Part shown: positions 1 through 13,200 of the stretch, piece by piece
Position numbering within the stretch: position 1 is the first letter of the stretch
How the letters are laid out: each line of letters starts with the position of its first letter
Assembly: GCF_036321535.1 (NCBI RefSeq)
Contig: NC_087437.1
Location: 71,674,001 to 71,738,000, forward strand
Length of the DNA: 64,000 bases
Direction: 5' to 3'
DNA from: Camelus dromedarius
Taxonomy: Eukaryota
Program-made: the position numbers and the translations under genes
The notes under the pieces: generated by a model
The model's database searches: none
The model's input: the letters and a program-made list of their open reading frames with translations, nothing else
What the model was told of the DNA's origin: nothing

Positions 1-1117
1 AAGAGGTTGGATTTTGCTTAGCGTGTCTTGACCAGACCTAGGATGCCAGTCTTCTGGTTTCAGATGTGCTCTTTACCATACGCCATTCCAAAGTTTACTC
101 TTTGTGGAAGGAACAAATTCAGGACTTCTCACTTACTGAGCCAGCTAACCTGCTTGGCTTTAGCAGGGGAGAAGGAGAAAAAGTCAAATGTGACTCTCGT
201 TATTTTTCTTCACATCCTAAAACAATAACTGAGGTCATACTATATATTTGTTTCCATGGTCTAGAGAAATTCCAGTAAGAGCATTTGTTACTAGATGTTT
301 TGATTTCAGTCAGTGTTGCAAACTGGGCAGTTTCCAATTCTGAGATTCTTTCCATCCTAAGAGTGCCTTCTAGTGGTGGTGGATGGAGTTAACTTGCTTT
401 TACTCCAGCCTATGTGTCTGTCCTTACTGTAATTAAGCAAGTTCTAAGTTGAAAGTGCATAGTCAGAGGCACCACTGTAATGGTATTTTTTGAGTTCTCA
501 TCTCTCCAGGATAAAAACTGAGCTTGTTTATAAATGCAGAAGCATCATTTTTTTTTTGTTTAATGTCTTCAAACTCAAACCTCACCACATGTTTTTTAAG
601 TTGTGGGTCATGATCCACTGGTGAACTATGAAATCAGTTAATGGTTGAAATACCAAAGATTCACATCTCTGAGTTTATGGCTCCGAGATTCATATCTTTA
701 ATCAATGTTTTTCAAACTGTGGATCACAACTTGTTAGTGGATTGTAAAATCAAGTTAATGGGTTGCAACCATCATTTGAAAAAATAGGACAGAAACTAAA
801 AAGAAAATATCAGAGTGGTTCTCAAAGAGTAAGATTAAGCAAAACTTTTATTTTGGTGTGTATCTATCTTTATGTTTGTGTGTGGACTGGGTCATAATTT
901 AATAATTCTTTGGATCTAAGGCAAGCATTTGGAATCCACTTATTATTGTAATAGCCCCATCTACTGGTACTTAAAGATATTGCCACGGAAGGACTTTAGG
1001 TTATTTTTATGCTCCCGCCTTTATAGAGACTTTTCCTTTGTGATTTGTTAAGTATTTATGTGTGTGTGTATATATATATATATTTCTGAACAATATTTAT
1101 CATTAACATATGTCTAG

Positions 1118-1220
1118 ATTCTTTCTGATCAATACCAGATGCAGGATGTATTGGAAAAAACTGATCGTTTGATGGCTACAGCAAAAGATCTATTTGTTGA
1201 TTTTCCTCGTAGGCGCACAG
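1118..1220 (+). CDS. SPICE1: SPICE1 coding exon ([34 protein letters not shown])
   Basis: tctag|ATT ... ACAG|gtgaag; 103 nt, phase 0 to 1. Confidence 0.95.
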
Positions 1221-4200
1221 GTGAAGTATTCAAATCAAACAAAAGCTTCTTTATCTTATAAACCATAGTCCATACCTGGCTATTTGGAAGAATTTAAAAT
1301 CTTTTTTCAGGCATCGTATTATTTATATTATGTGTATTCTAGAGCGGATAGCATGCAAGAGTTGTTAGGCATAGATTTATTATAATTTATTTGCTTTTCA
1401 CTAAGAATATTAACTATTACAAATTACTCAGCTAAGGAAAGGTAACTTTATTTACTAAGATATTTTATGGTGAAATATATAAGATCATAATTTAAAATAA
1501 GACTTAATTTCAGATTATTAATATTAAATTACCATATAATTAAAGTATCTGTTTTGTATATAATTTGAGTAAAGCTTAGTCTGAAACTTAAAGCAACCTC
1601 AGTCTCTCTCTAAGGGGAACTTTTCCTTTTGTGAGATACACATTATTCACTTCAATGTGTATATAATCTATTGTTTATCTTAATCCCTGAAAACAGATCA
1701 TTAGTTTTCAGTTTAAGGTTTGAATCCTGGCTTGGCCACTCACTAGTTTGACTCTGTGCCAGCCAGTTACTTCATGTCTCTGAGTTTCAGTTTTCCCATA
1801 TGTAAAACACTTATAGTAACAACCTCGTAGGATTTTGTGAGGGTGAAACAATTTAATTTGTGTGAACGTGTTTAGAACAGTGCCTTACATATAGTAAGCA
1901 CTATGTAAGTGTGACTTGCTATTATTATGATTATGATTATGATTAAGATTTTCATGATGATTCAAACCTATGGCAGTGTTTAGTGCGTGTGAAGTCAATT
2001 GAATTAAATGAAACAAAATCATCATGACTTATTTTCCTTCTGCAGGGTTTCCAAATGTAACGATGGCTCCTGATTCCTCTCAAGGTCCCATTGTGGTAAA
2101 TCAAGATCCAGTCACCCAGGCTATCCTTAACGAATCTGTCGTAGAGCCTCAGGTAATGTGCTTTGCACACAGCCATAAGTGCTCATGCTGAAATTAAGTT
2201 TAAGTTGATGTAGATGGGCATTGTGGTAAACATTCGAAAAGCTTTAGTATCAATAAATACCAAGTTGTGGTTGCTAGAATTGTTCTTACTCAAGCATGTT
2301 GTACTTTCTGTGAATAATGCTTGTACTAAACAAGATAGGACTGGATAATAATAACTAACATTTATTGAGTACTTACCTAGGAGATAGTTACTATTATTAT
2401 CCCCATTTAGTAGATGAAAAAACTGAGGCTTAGAAAAATTAAATGACTTGTGCAAGATCACAAAGCTAGTTAGTGTCAGAGACGGCATTCAAATTGAGGC
2501 TGTCTGGTTCCATAATACTGTGGCACCATCTACAAATATGGAAAAGAGAGTCTATCCACTTCCACTTTGAGTCAGGTGAATGAATCTGTGTTACATACTA
2601 GCAGTTTGATATTGAGTTGATTTTTCAAGGTATCTGAGTCGGCTTAAACTGTTTTTTATTAAATGGGAATAGAATATACAGGCTACGGTCATTGTGAGGA
2701 TCCACCAAGGTAGGTTATGTAAAGTGCCTAGCATAATACCAGATACTAGTTCTTTATTAAATCTTAGTCCCTTCTAATGTATTAGTGTGTTTAAAAAGCA
2801 GCTACCCAAGAAACTTGGAATTTATTGACTAATTACATGGGAAAAGTACAGTAGTAAAACATTAATTACCTATATTTTAACCTAATTGGAACTCTTAATC
2901 AAAATGTTTAGAATTTTGAGATAGGAAACATTTTTTAAAAGTCTATGAAGAATTTAATATTAAAATAAATCAACTTTTTATAAATGACTAGGACTTAGGA
3001 CCTATTTAATATAATTTCTTAAGTTATTTGTATCTTCTCTGAAGAAAAGGAGACATCAGTTAGATGATCCTAGGGAATCACAAGGTCCAGAATTGTATTA
3101 GTATATTGTTTTCTACTTATAAGGGCAATTAAGTAGAATGTTACACATATTTTAAATAGCCAAAACCCATTAGCTGTATCCCTAGCCAGAAACCATTTAT
3201 GTTTTGATACTTATTAAAAAATTAGGTTTCGGATGATCATGGTCTCTATGATGAGGGTGGGGAAGTGGCAAGAGCCAGGGTTGGAGAGACAGGGAAGAGC
3301 TGGGTCATGAAGGGCTAAGGAATCAGAAAGTAAAAGTAGAGCCACTAAAGCAGTCATAGTGAAATTGGCAGTAGTGTGGGAGACGAACTGGGGAGGGACA
3401 AGACTGGTTAGAGAATCTGGTTACAGAAGACTCAGGTTGGAATCTTAGTGAGAAGTGGTGAGGACTGACAGGAAGTAGGTAAAGGGGAAGAGGGATAGGT
3501 TTGAGAGATTTTAAAAAGGGGTAGAATTGACAGGATTAGGTGACTGATGGGATGTGATGGATGAAAGAGAAGGATAATTTCCAGTTTGCTGGCTTGAGAA
3601 TCTTGAGTAGAGGGTGATGCTGTTCATCATCTTGGTAATATGGCAAGAATGAGGTTTGTGGAAGAATGATAGGAGAGGCTTAGGAAAATGATAAATTTCA
3701 GACATGTGGAGTAAGATGTTCTACGGATATCTTTTAGGCAGATGGATATGAATGTTGAGGGCTCAGGAGAGATCTGGATGAAGATAGAGATTTGGAAATC
3801 AACAGCATTTGGCGTGTAGTTGAAGCTTTGGAATAAGATACAATCATACAGAAAATGAGTCAGATGAGAGGAGAAAAGATCCAAAGGGAAAACCTTGAGT
3901 GATATCAACTATAAGGGGAGGGTAGAGAAAGAACCAATAAAGGAGATTGGGAAGGAATGGTCAAAAGAAGAGGAAAAACCAAGAAAATGCAATATGATAG
4001 AAATGAAAAAGAAAAGTTTATAAAGAAGATTTTGAAGGAAAGAAATGAGTGGTCACTGGTGTCTAATGAGTCAGAGGTAAGGGAAGGCAAAGTCAGAAAT
4101 ACCCATTTGATTTGGGAACAAGTGTGTTGATGTTGACCTTGTCAGTTTAAATTTAATGGCAGGGCAGAAGCAGAGTTTCAGGGCATAGATGGTGGATGAG

Positions 4201-7200
4201 AAGTAGGGGACAGCTCTTTCAAGAAGTTTATGATGCAAAGAGAGAAGATAGATGGTAGCTTCAGACAAATTTAGGGTCAGGATAAGATGGGAGAGACTTA
4301 CATTTAAATGTGGATGAGCTGAAGCCAGTAAGGAGAGGTTAAAGGTCCAGGAGAGGAAAGAGGCAATTGGTGAACTAGAAGGAGGTAAGAGCGTTTGGGT
4401 TCTAGAACACATGGGGAGGAATTAACCCTAGAAGGAAGGATCTCTCTTGTTATGACAAAAGGAAAGGATGAGTGTATATATAACCAACTTATGATGTTAC
4501 TTTATTGTTGTGTTGAGAAAGGCTCTTAATGAAGTTGATGATGACAAAGAAGAAGGAACTGTTACCAGCCAGTCAGAAGAAAGTGAGAATGAGTTGGATA
4601 ATTCTCTAAACTCTCAGTCAAACACAAATGCAGACACGTATGTATATATGGCATAAAGACCTACAATGCTTTTTTCCAAGGCCATTTCTTTTTCCCCCTG
4701 CAGTTTTATTGAGATATAATTGACATATAATATTGTATAAGTTTAAGGTGTACAACATTTTGGTTTAATACACTTACATATTGCAACATGGTTCCCATCA
4801 CAGCAGTTATACCTCCATCACATCGTATAGTTACCTTTTTTGTGGTGAAACATTTAAGATCTTCTCACTTAGCAACTTCCAAATATATAATACAATATTA
4901 TTAGCTACAATCACTATGCTGTACATAAATTAATCATCTTGTAGCTGGAAATTTGTACCCTTTTACCATCTTCGCATTTCTCCCACCTCCCAGCCCCTGG
5001 CAACCACTACTCAACTCTGTTTCTATGAGTTCAGCTTTTTTTTTCTTTTTTTTTTAAGATTCCTCCTATAAGTGATACCATACAGTATTTGTCTTTCTCT
5101 GACTTCTTTTTCTCAGCATAATGCCCTCCAGGTTTATCCACAATTGTCACAAATGGCAGGATTTCCTTCTTTCTCATTGCTGAATAATATTGCATTGTGT
5201 ATATATACTTATGTATATATCACATCTTCTTTATCCATTCATCTATTGGCACACACTTAGGCTGTGGATATATCTTAGTTATTGTGAATAATGCTGGAGT
5301 AAACAAGGGTGTGCAGATATCTCTTTGATGTCCTATTTTCATTTCCTTTGGATATATACCCAGAAGATATACCCAGAAGTGGGAATCCTGGATCATAGGT
5401 TAGTTACATTTTTAATTTTTTGAGGGACCTCCACACTGTTTTCCATCGTGCCTGTACCAATTAACTTTCCCACCAATAGTGCACAAGTGTTCCCTTTTTC
5501 CACATCCTTGTCAACACTTGTTATCTCTTGACTTTTTGATGATGGCCATTTAGGCAGGTGTAAGGATATATCTCATGTGGTTTTGATTTGCATTTTTCCC
5601 TGATGATTAGTGATATTAAGTACCTTTTCATATACCTGTTGGCTTTGTATGTCATCTTTGGAAAAATGTCTATTCAGTTCCTCTACCCATTTTAAAAATT
5701 GGATTGTTTGGTTTTTTTACCATCAAGTTGTATGACTTCTTTATAGATTTTTGATATTAGCCCCTTATTAAATATATGATATGCAGATATTTTCTCCCAT
5801 CCCACAGGTTGCCTTTTCATTTTGTTGATTGATTCTCTTGCTGTGCCGAAGCTTTTAGTTTCATGTAGTTCCACTTAATTTATTTTTGCTTTTTTGCTTG
5901 TGCTTTTGGTGTCTTTGATTCCTTTTTGTTTCCTTAACTTTCCTGAAAATGCTACTCCACTCTTGGTTTGCCTTGAATGTTGCTTTTTAGAAGTCTGATG
6001 CTAGGATAATTTTCTTGCCCTTATGATTTGGCATTTTTGTCCAGTGACTTGATTTCCATTATCTTTAAAATTTATTTTGTCTTTAAAATTTAAATATTGC
6101 TAAGCTATGTCTTGGAGTTTACCTTTCCAGGTCAGTTTTTCCTTTCCCAACCCAGGTTGCCCTTTTTTATATACATACAAACTATTTAAATATACATATA
6201 TATATTTAGTTCTAAAATACTGTTTTTGTTTTACTTTTTCAGAGACTCCTTTTATATAAGTAAAAGATTTCTGTTTTTCACTTCAAGCACTTTCTCTCTA
6301 ACCCTTTTTATTCTCCTTATTATTCTTTTTATTGTTTTTCTGTAATTCTTCAATATTGCTTAGTAATGTTTGTTTAACACTTCTTCAGTGGACATGTTGT
6401 TTAATTTTTATTTCTGACATAATTTTTCTTCAATTTCTTTCCTCAGCTTAATTAATTCTTGTTTTATTTCTTCCTGTTTTTTGTCCATTTCTAGTCTTAG
6501 TTTCAGAATTTCTGATTGAAGAAGTGCTTCTTTAAGTATATTTTATTCCATTTGAAGTATTATGTTATAGTTTTTTTTACTTTTTTTTCACAGGTGGGGA
6601 GCAGGAATTTTCATCAGCTGCAATATTTCAATTTAAATTTTCTGTTTTGATATACTGCCTTTGTTATACTTTACATTTTGTGGAGAGGGTTTGGAGTTTG
6701 AGTGACTTCTCAGTTATAATGAAGCACAGTTTATTTAATGGGTGTATTTGTTCTTTTTTTAAAAGTATGGGTGGGTTAAAGTTGTTTATACTCCAATTTT
6801 GTGGTTCCCTTTTGTCTTGAAGGACTTGTACTTCTTTTCCCCTTCAGGACTCACCCTTCAAAGTGGGCCTCTCCTTTCCTGTTCACTCTGTTCTCCTTAA
6901 GAAGTGATACCTTTCCAAGACTACCACCTTGGGTTCTGTACACTTCTTGGTGGTGTTATGATTGCCCAGATTGTTATTGTTGTTTTTAAAGTATTTGCAT
7001 TCTCAGAATGGACCTTTTATTTCTAGAGGTGATTTTTGCCACCATTAGGCTCTCAGCTTTCCTTTTCTCTGCGCAGTCACTTTGAACTGCCCCCATTCTT
7101 TGCAGAGGCTTCCAGCAGGAGCACAGGTAATCTGTTTGCTGGAATTTGGTGCTTATTTTTCTACTTACAGGTGGTTTGAAGTTAGTAGTGCTCTCTGTCT

Positions 7201-10200
7201 TTCGATAACATAGGAGCTATGGGTTATCTACTGTTTTGTTTGCTTTTCTTGTTTCACTCTATAGTGTTTTAGGAGACATGTAGCATGATTCAGATTTAGC
7301 TGGTCACCATTTTCTTAGGGATATCTGGAAATATGTGTCATCTTTTTCTTTCCCAACATAAATATAATTAATCTTGTACAGAATCGCTTCTATTCTTCAC
7401 ACTTGAATCAAGTAATTTTTTTATTTGGTTAGTTAAGGTTAATTTTATCTCATTAGTTGGGTAAATAGGCGATTTCCAACTTTTTTTTTCTTTTTTTTAA
7501 CTTTTTTTTATTGATTTATAATTATTTTACAATGTTGTGTCAAATTCCAGTGTACAGCACAATTTTTCAGTTATACATGAACATATATATGTTAATTGTC
7601 GCATTTTTTTCTCTGTGAGCTACCATAAGATCTTGTAGATATTTCCCTGTGCTATACAGTATAATCTTGTTTATCTATTCTACAATTTTGAAATCCCAGT
7701 CTATCTCTTCCCACCCCCCGCCCAGTTTCCAACTTTTGAATACTTTATGTCTCCAGTGCTACTTGTTACATACTGGGCATGAGGTATTAGAAGAGGCATT
7801 AGACTTATCTGGCAACTAAGGTTACTTACTGATCAGATAATCTGTGGGTGTTTGTTTCCTCAGTTGTAAAATATGAGGGGTGTAGAATATATGATTTCTA
7901 AGGTACCTTCTGGTTTGAAAATTACTGTGAATTCTGTGAGTTCCTGTGAGCACTGAACTGATTTCTCATAGAAATAATGTTATATGTGATAAATAAATTC
8001 TTACCCCAATCCTCAAATACCTCTACTAGGTCGTTGGTATTTCTGGGGGGTCAGCACATTCCAGATGAGGAAGCAGTGACTGCAAGCATTTCTCTTACTG
8101 TAACCTTTACCACTGCCTTACTCCCTCCGTAGACCTTTGTGTGCAGGCTAGGGAGGAGGAAGGGTGGTGTTAGAGTCTGTTATGGGAAAAAGGCGGGAAG
8201 AATGTGAGGAGGAAATCCCACCTGGCAAAAACTGAAGGACAAGGAAAATTGCTCTTTCAAGTAGGCTTGGGTTTATATGCTAAGGATTAGAGGGGCTGAT
8301 ATTCCTAAGCTGTCTATGAAATAAAGTCATTAAAGTACTGTTGTAGTTGATGCTGCCATAAAATAGATCTGGTGCTCATAAGTGGTCAACAGTGAAAATG
8401 GAAGGAGCTTGGCTATGAATCAATGGCTGCATCACCCCAATGCCTCTGTCTTCATATCACCTCCTCTGTGTGTGTGTCTACGTGTATCAAAATCCTCATC
8501 TGCCTCTCTTTTATAAGTATATACATGATTGCACTTAGGGCTCACCCAATATAATCTCACCATCTCAAGTCCCTTAACTTAATCACATCTGCAAAGACCC
8601 TTTTTGGCCATTTTCAGGTTCCAGGGATTAGAGCATGGGCATATCTTCAAGGACTATAATTTAGGCTACCACAGTCCACCCACTGGCCCACATGCAAAAT
8701 TTACATTCACCCCATTCCAGTATCCCCTGAAGTCTCAGCATTAGCTCCAGTTCAAAATCTCATCGAAACATCAGTTCAAACCAAGTCTGATCATCTAAGT
8801 GAGATACAGGTCAAACTCTGGATGTGATACACCCTGAGCCAATATTCCTCTCCATTTATGATCCTAAAAAACTGGAAAACAAGTTATCTGCTTTCAAAAT
8901 ACAATGATGGATAATTACATAGGATAATTACAGACATCTCTATCCTAAAAGAGAGAAAATCAAAGGAAGAAATGGGTCACCAGTCCCAACTCAGCAGGGC
9001 AACTTCTATTATATTTCAAGGCCTGGTAATAATCTTCTTTGTTCTGAGGCTTCATCCTTTGGGTCTATGGCTTTGTCTTCTATGCCTGTGGCTCTGACTT
9101 TGACCTCTGTGCCTGTGGATCTGGTCTCTATACCTGCAGCCCTGGCTTTGAAATCATTATTCCTTTTCCTTGAAGCCCATGTTTGCCCCTGAGTAATTTT
9201 ATCGACTTGTTTTCTATCTGGAGAATTTTAGGAGTTTGACACCCTTCCTTTATTTTATCCTATCTCTGTCCCTTTCAGTACAAGCTAATAGTATTTCTGC
9301 TGGTATAACATTCTCAAAAGATCGTATGGGTCTCCTGTGTATGTCATGGAAAAGCATGTCATTAGATAAGAAGTCCCCGATAGAGCTTTTGTGGATAGTT
9401 CCATCTTTGTTGTTGGCTTCTGCTGAGATCATTGAGAGGGTCCATGAGTCATATGCCTAATCTTTTTAGAAGTAGCAAAAGGTTATCCAGCCATACACTT
9501 CTCTACAGAGCATATTTTCCTAACAGTGACTCCTGATTTGAGTATCTTTTGTAATCTAGAGTGTATGAGAATTTCTCAAACTAAGTCCTGGTTCCTTTTT
9601 GCTTAACAATTCTCTTAATTTATCTCTTGATAAATTCACATTTCTACCAACATTCTCTTTATAGTGATATGTTATTTTCTGAGATGATACTGGCTTTCTC
9701 TACCATGCTGCTCACTTCCTCTGGAGCCCTCACTGGAAGAGTCTTTAACATTTGTATTTATATCAATAGTCATTTTAAGACATTCAGGCTTTTTCTGTCA
9801 TAAATTCACCTAAAAATTATTCCAGCTTTACCCGTTATCCAATTCCAAAGCTATCTTCACATTTTTAGGTGTTTGTTACATCAGCACCCCATATCCAGGT
9901 ACCAAAAACTGTACTAATTTTGGGGGACTTTGTAACAGATTGCCACAAACTTGGCAGCTTCAAAGAACAGAAATTTATTCTCTCACAGTTCTGGAGGCCA
10001 GAAATCCTAAATTGGTTTCACTAGACTGAAATGAAGGTGTTGGTAGGGCCACATTCCCTCTGGATACTCTAAGGTAAAACCCATTCCTTACTTCTTCTGG
10101 CTTCTGGTGGCTGATGGTGGCTTGTGTCAACATCACTCCAATTTCTGCCTCCACTTTCATATCACCTTCTCCTCTTGTATTTGTCAGAATTTCCCTCCCC

Positions 10201-13200
10201 TTTATAAGGATGCATGTGGCTGCATTTAGGGTCCACCTGGATACTCCAGGATCCTCTCCCTAACTCAAGATCCTTAACTTAATTACAGCTGCTCAGTCCC
10301 CTTTTAGTCAGATAAGGTAACAGTCGTAGGTTCCAGGGATTAGGTTATGGGTATCTTTTGGAGGGCCATTCTTAAGCCTACCATAGATGATGTGTATTAT
10401 TTTGTTGTTCTTGCTATTTCACCTGACCTGACTCTTAAAAGTACAAACATTAGAGACAGTAATGTGAGCTTAAACTGGTTTGGATTTTCCCAGCTTCTAT
10501 AGAAATCTCATTACAACATGTTTCTTAGGATTTATCCTGAAGGTTGGATTTAGTGTTAATTAACACTATCTTAACAGAGGTGTCTGTCTGATGTTTTGAT
10601 ACCTGGCCATAATGTGAATGGACCACATTATAGACCTTTTGCTAACTAAACTTTGTAGCAGCTAATGTTTGATGTGCTGTCCACAGGCTGCTTGAAAGCA
10701 GCTCCTCTAGGTTGAGGTTTGTGGAGCCCCTAAGTAAGATTTCACCTTTCCTTTGTTGTCTTTGTTGTTTTTTTCCTGTAACAGTTTTATTGATATATAG
10801 TTCACATGTCATACAATCTACCCATCTGAAGTATAATATTCAAAGATTTTTAGTATATTCACAGAGTGTGCAATGTAGTCAATTTCAGAACTTTTTCATT
10901 ACCCCCAGAAGAAGCCCCATACTCTTTAACAGCCAAACCCCATTTCTTCCCAAACCTGTCGGCCCTATCTAATCTATTAGATGAATCTATTTTTTTCTCT
11001 CTATGGATTTGCCTATTCTGGACATTTCCTATATATAGAATCATGCAATGTGTGGTCTTTTGTGTCTGGTGTCTTTCACATGTTTTCAAGATTCGTCCAT
11101 GTTGTAGCTTGTTAGAACTTTATTCCTTTTTATGGCTGAATAATATTCTTTTGTATGGATATTGCACATTTTACTTACCCAGTCATCAGCTGGTGGACAT
11201 TTGGGTTGTTTCCACTTTTTGGCCCCCTACCTCCTTTAAATTATCAGTCCAGTTGGGAAATAGACAAAGAAATCAGACAATTGCAGATTGAAATATCAGC
11301 TTTATCAATAATAAAGGTGATTATAGCAAAAGGCTCAGCTCTCTAACCCTCTAGACTGCAGCTCTCCTTCTCATTCCCTCTCCCCACCTCCCGACGCACA
11401 GGAGCAGAGTCTGCTCCAGTCACTTTACTTCAGTGATAGGCAGAGCCTGTGCTCTGAGGACAAGCTCCTTTGTATAAACCAGAAGGGGCCAAGCCATGTA
11501 ATTCCTCTAGACAAGGCGAGGAGAAGATGGAGCCTGTAGTGCAAAACTTCAGAAAGGGCAAATCACTCCTGCTTTAGGAGACAACATAGATAAGAAACTG
11601 AGAGGGAGATGAAATGGTTCTTTCTAACACTGAGAAGACTGGCGTTTTAGTTTTTTGTCTTATAAGTTAAAGCAAAACATTTTTCTTTGATTGTGAATTA
11701 TTTAAAGTTTCTTCAGACCAAACATGTAAGCAGTTGAACAGTTTAAATGATAGCACTTGTGAATTCTAATGTAGCTTGTTGTCCCATAATTTATAGATTT
11801 CTCCAGCAAATAAAGGAAGATAATTCTGAGTTGATTAATAAACTATGGACTGATATTCAGCAAAAAATAGCAACACAGTCACAAATAACAACATCTTCAG
11901 GAACTCCATCATCTGCTTCTCCACCAGGAGACCGAAAAGGTTTGGTCCCCATTTGTGTTGTTTTCCCTAGAGAGTAGCTGGCTTTATTATGTTCTTCCTG
12001 AAACACAGTAATTTTTAAAGGAACATTACTTGAGTTTTGATTGTCTTAGCCTGATTAAAATACTGATTGATCTGTCAGTTGAAATGCATAAAAGACTTTT
12101 TGTTGTCGTTCACCTGAGATACGCTTGGAAATACTCTTCCTTTTAGCTGCTCTGAGTGCTCCCGATGCTGTCAAGAGAATCCATAGCAGACTTCCACCTG
12201 AGGCATCTACCACGACTCTAGATGCCAGCTATGCTGTGGGGCAAGTGCTGAACTCCAGGAAGCAAAAACAGCTGTTAAATAAAGGTTCCACCCCTTGATT
12301 CACAAAGATGAGTTATTAAACATGTAACTAGATACAGCTGTCTTAGTTTCTTAGTACGTGTTTTTTCCCTTAAGCTCATCCTGTTGGATTCTACTAAGTA
12401 AGTTTGTTGAATGGTAGCCAAATAATGTCTACTTTTATTCCATTTAATTCTAGAAAGATGGTTCTCATACATTCATTATGGATAGCATAAGTCTGGTTTG
12501 AACAGTATAGTTTTTTTAAATGAGAAAATGATGATAATTTTTATTGTTAAAAAGCTTTCTATAAATTGTGAACAACAGTCAAATGTTTTTCTAGTATAAT
12601 TTTTCCTGGTCTTAACATAGAATGACTTCTGTCATTATCAGTGAAAAAAAGACCTCCTTCCAAGCAGAAGAGTAGCACGTTATCAGCCAGCACAGCCTCC
12701 ACGGATTTACCAACTAGCAGTAACTCCAGCCTGGATGTCCTCAAACACATGATACACGAAGTGGAACACGAAATGGAAGAATACGAGCGGTGGACAGGAC
12801 GCGAGGTCCAGGGGCTCCAGAACAGTCAGGGTCTCACCGGCTTCACCCTGTCACTCGTGAGCTCCCTCTGTCGCCTGGTTCGGTACCTTAAAGAGGTAAG
12901 GGCGTGGGGTTGTCAGTCTCCCCTTCTGCCAGACTGCTAGCAGAAATGGGTGGGGTTTTCCTCTCAACACTCGAGTTATTGGAATCTCCAAGTATTTGAA
13001 TAGCTTTGTTTAAAAGACCTCAGCTCTGAATTATCTGTAGTAAAAGTTTATCCTGTTAATTCCCCTCAGCATCTTGATACAGATACATCAGATAAGTGAT
13101 GTTGATTTTATTTTATTTTATTATTTATTTAAAAAAATTTTTTTGGTGGGAGGTAATTAGGTTTATCTTTTTAGTGGAGGTACTGGGGATTGAACCCAGG

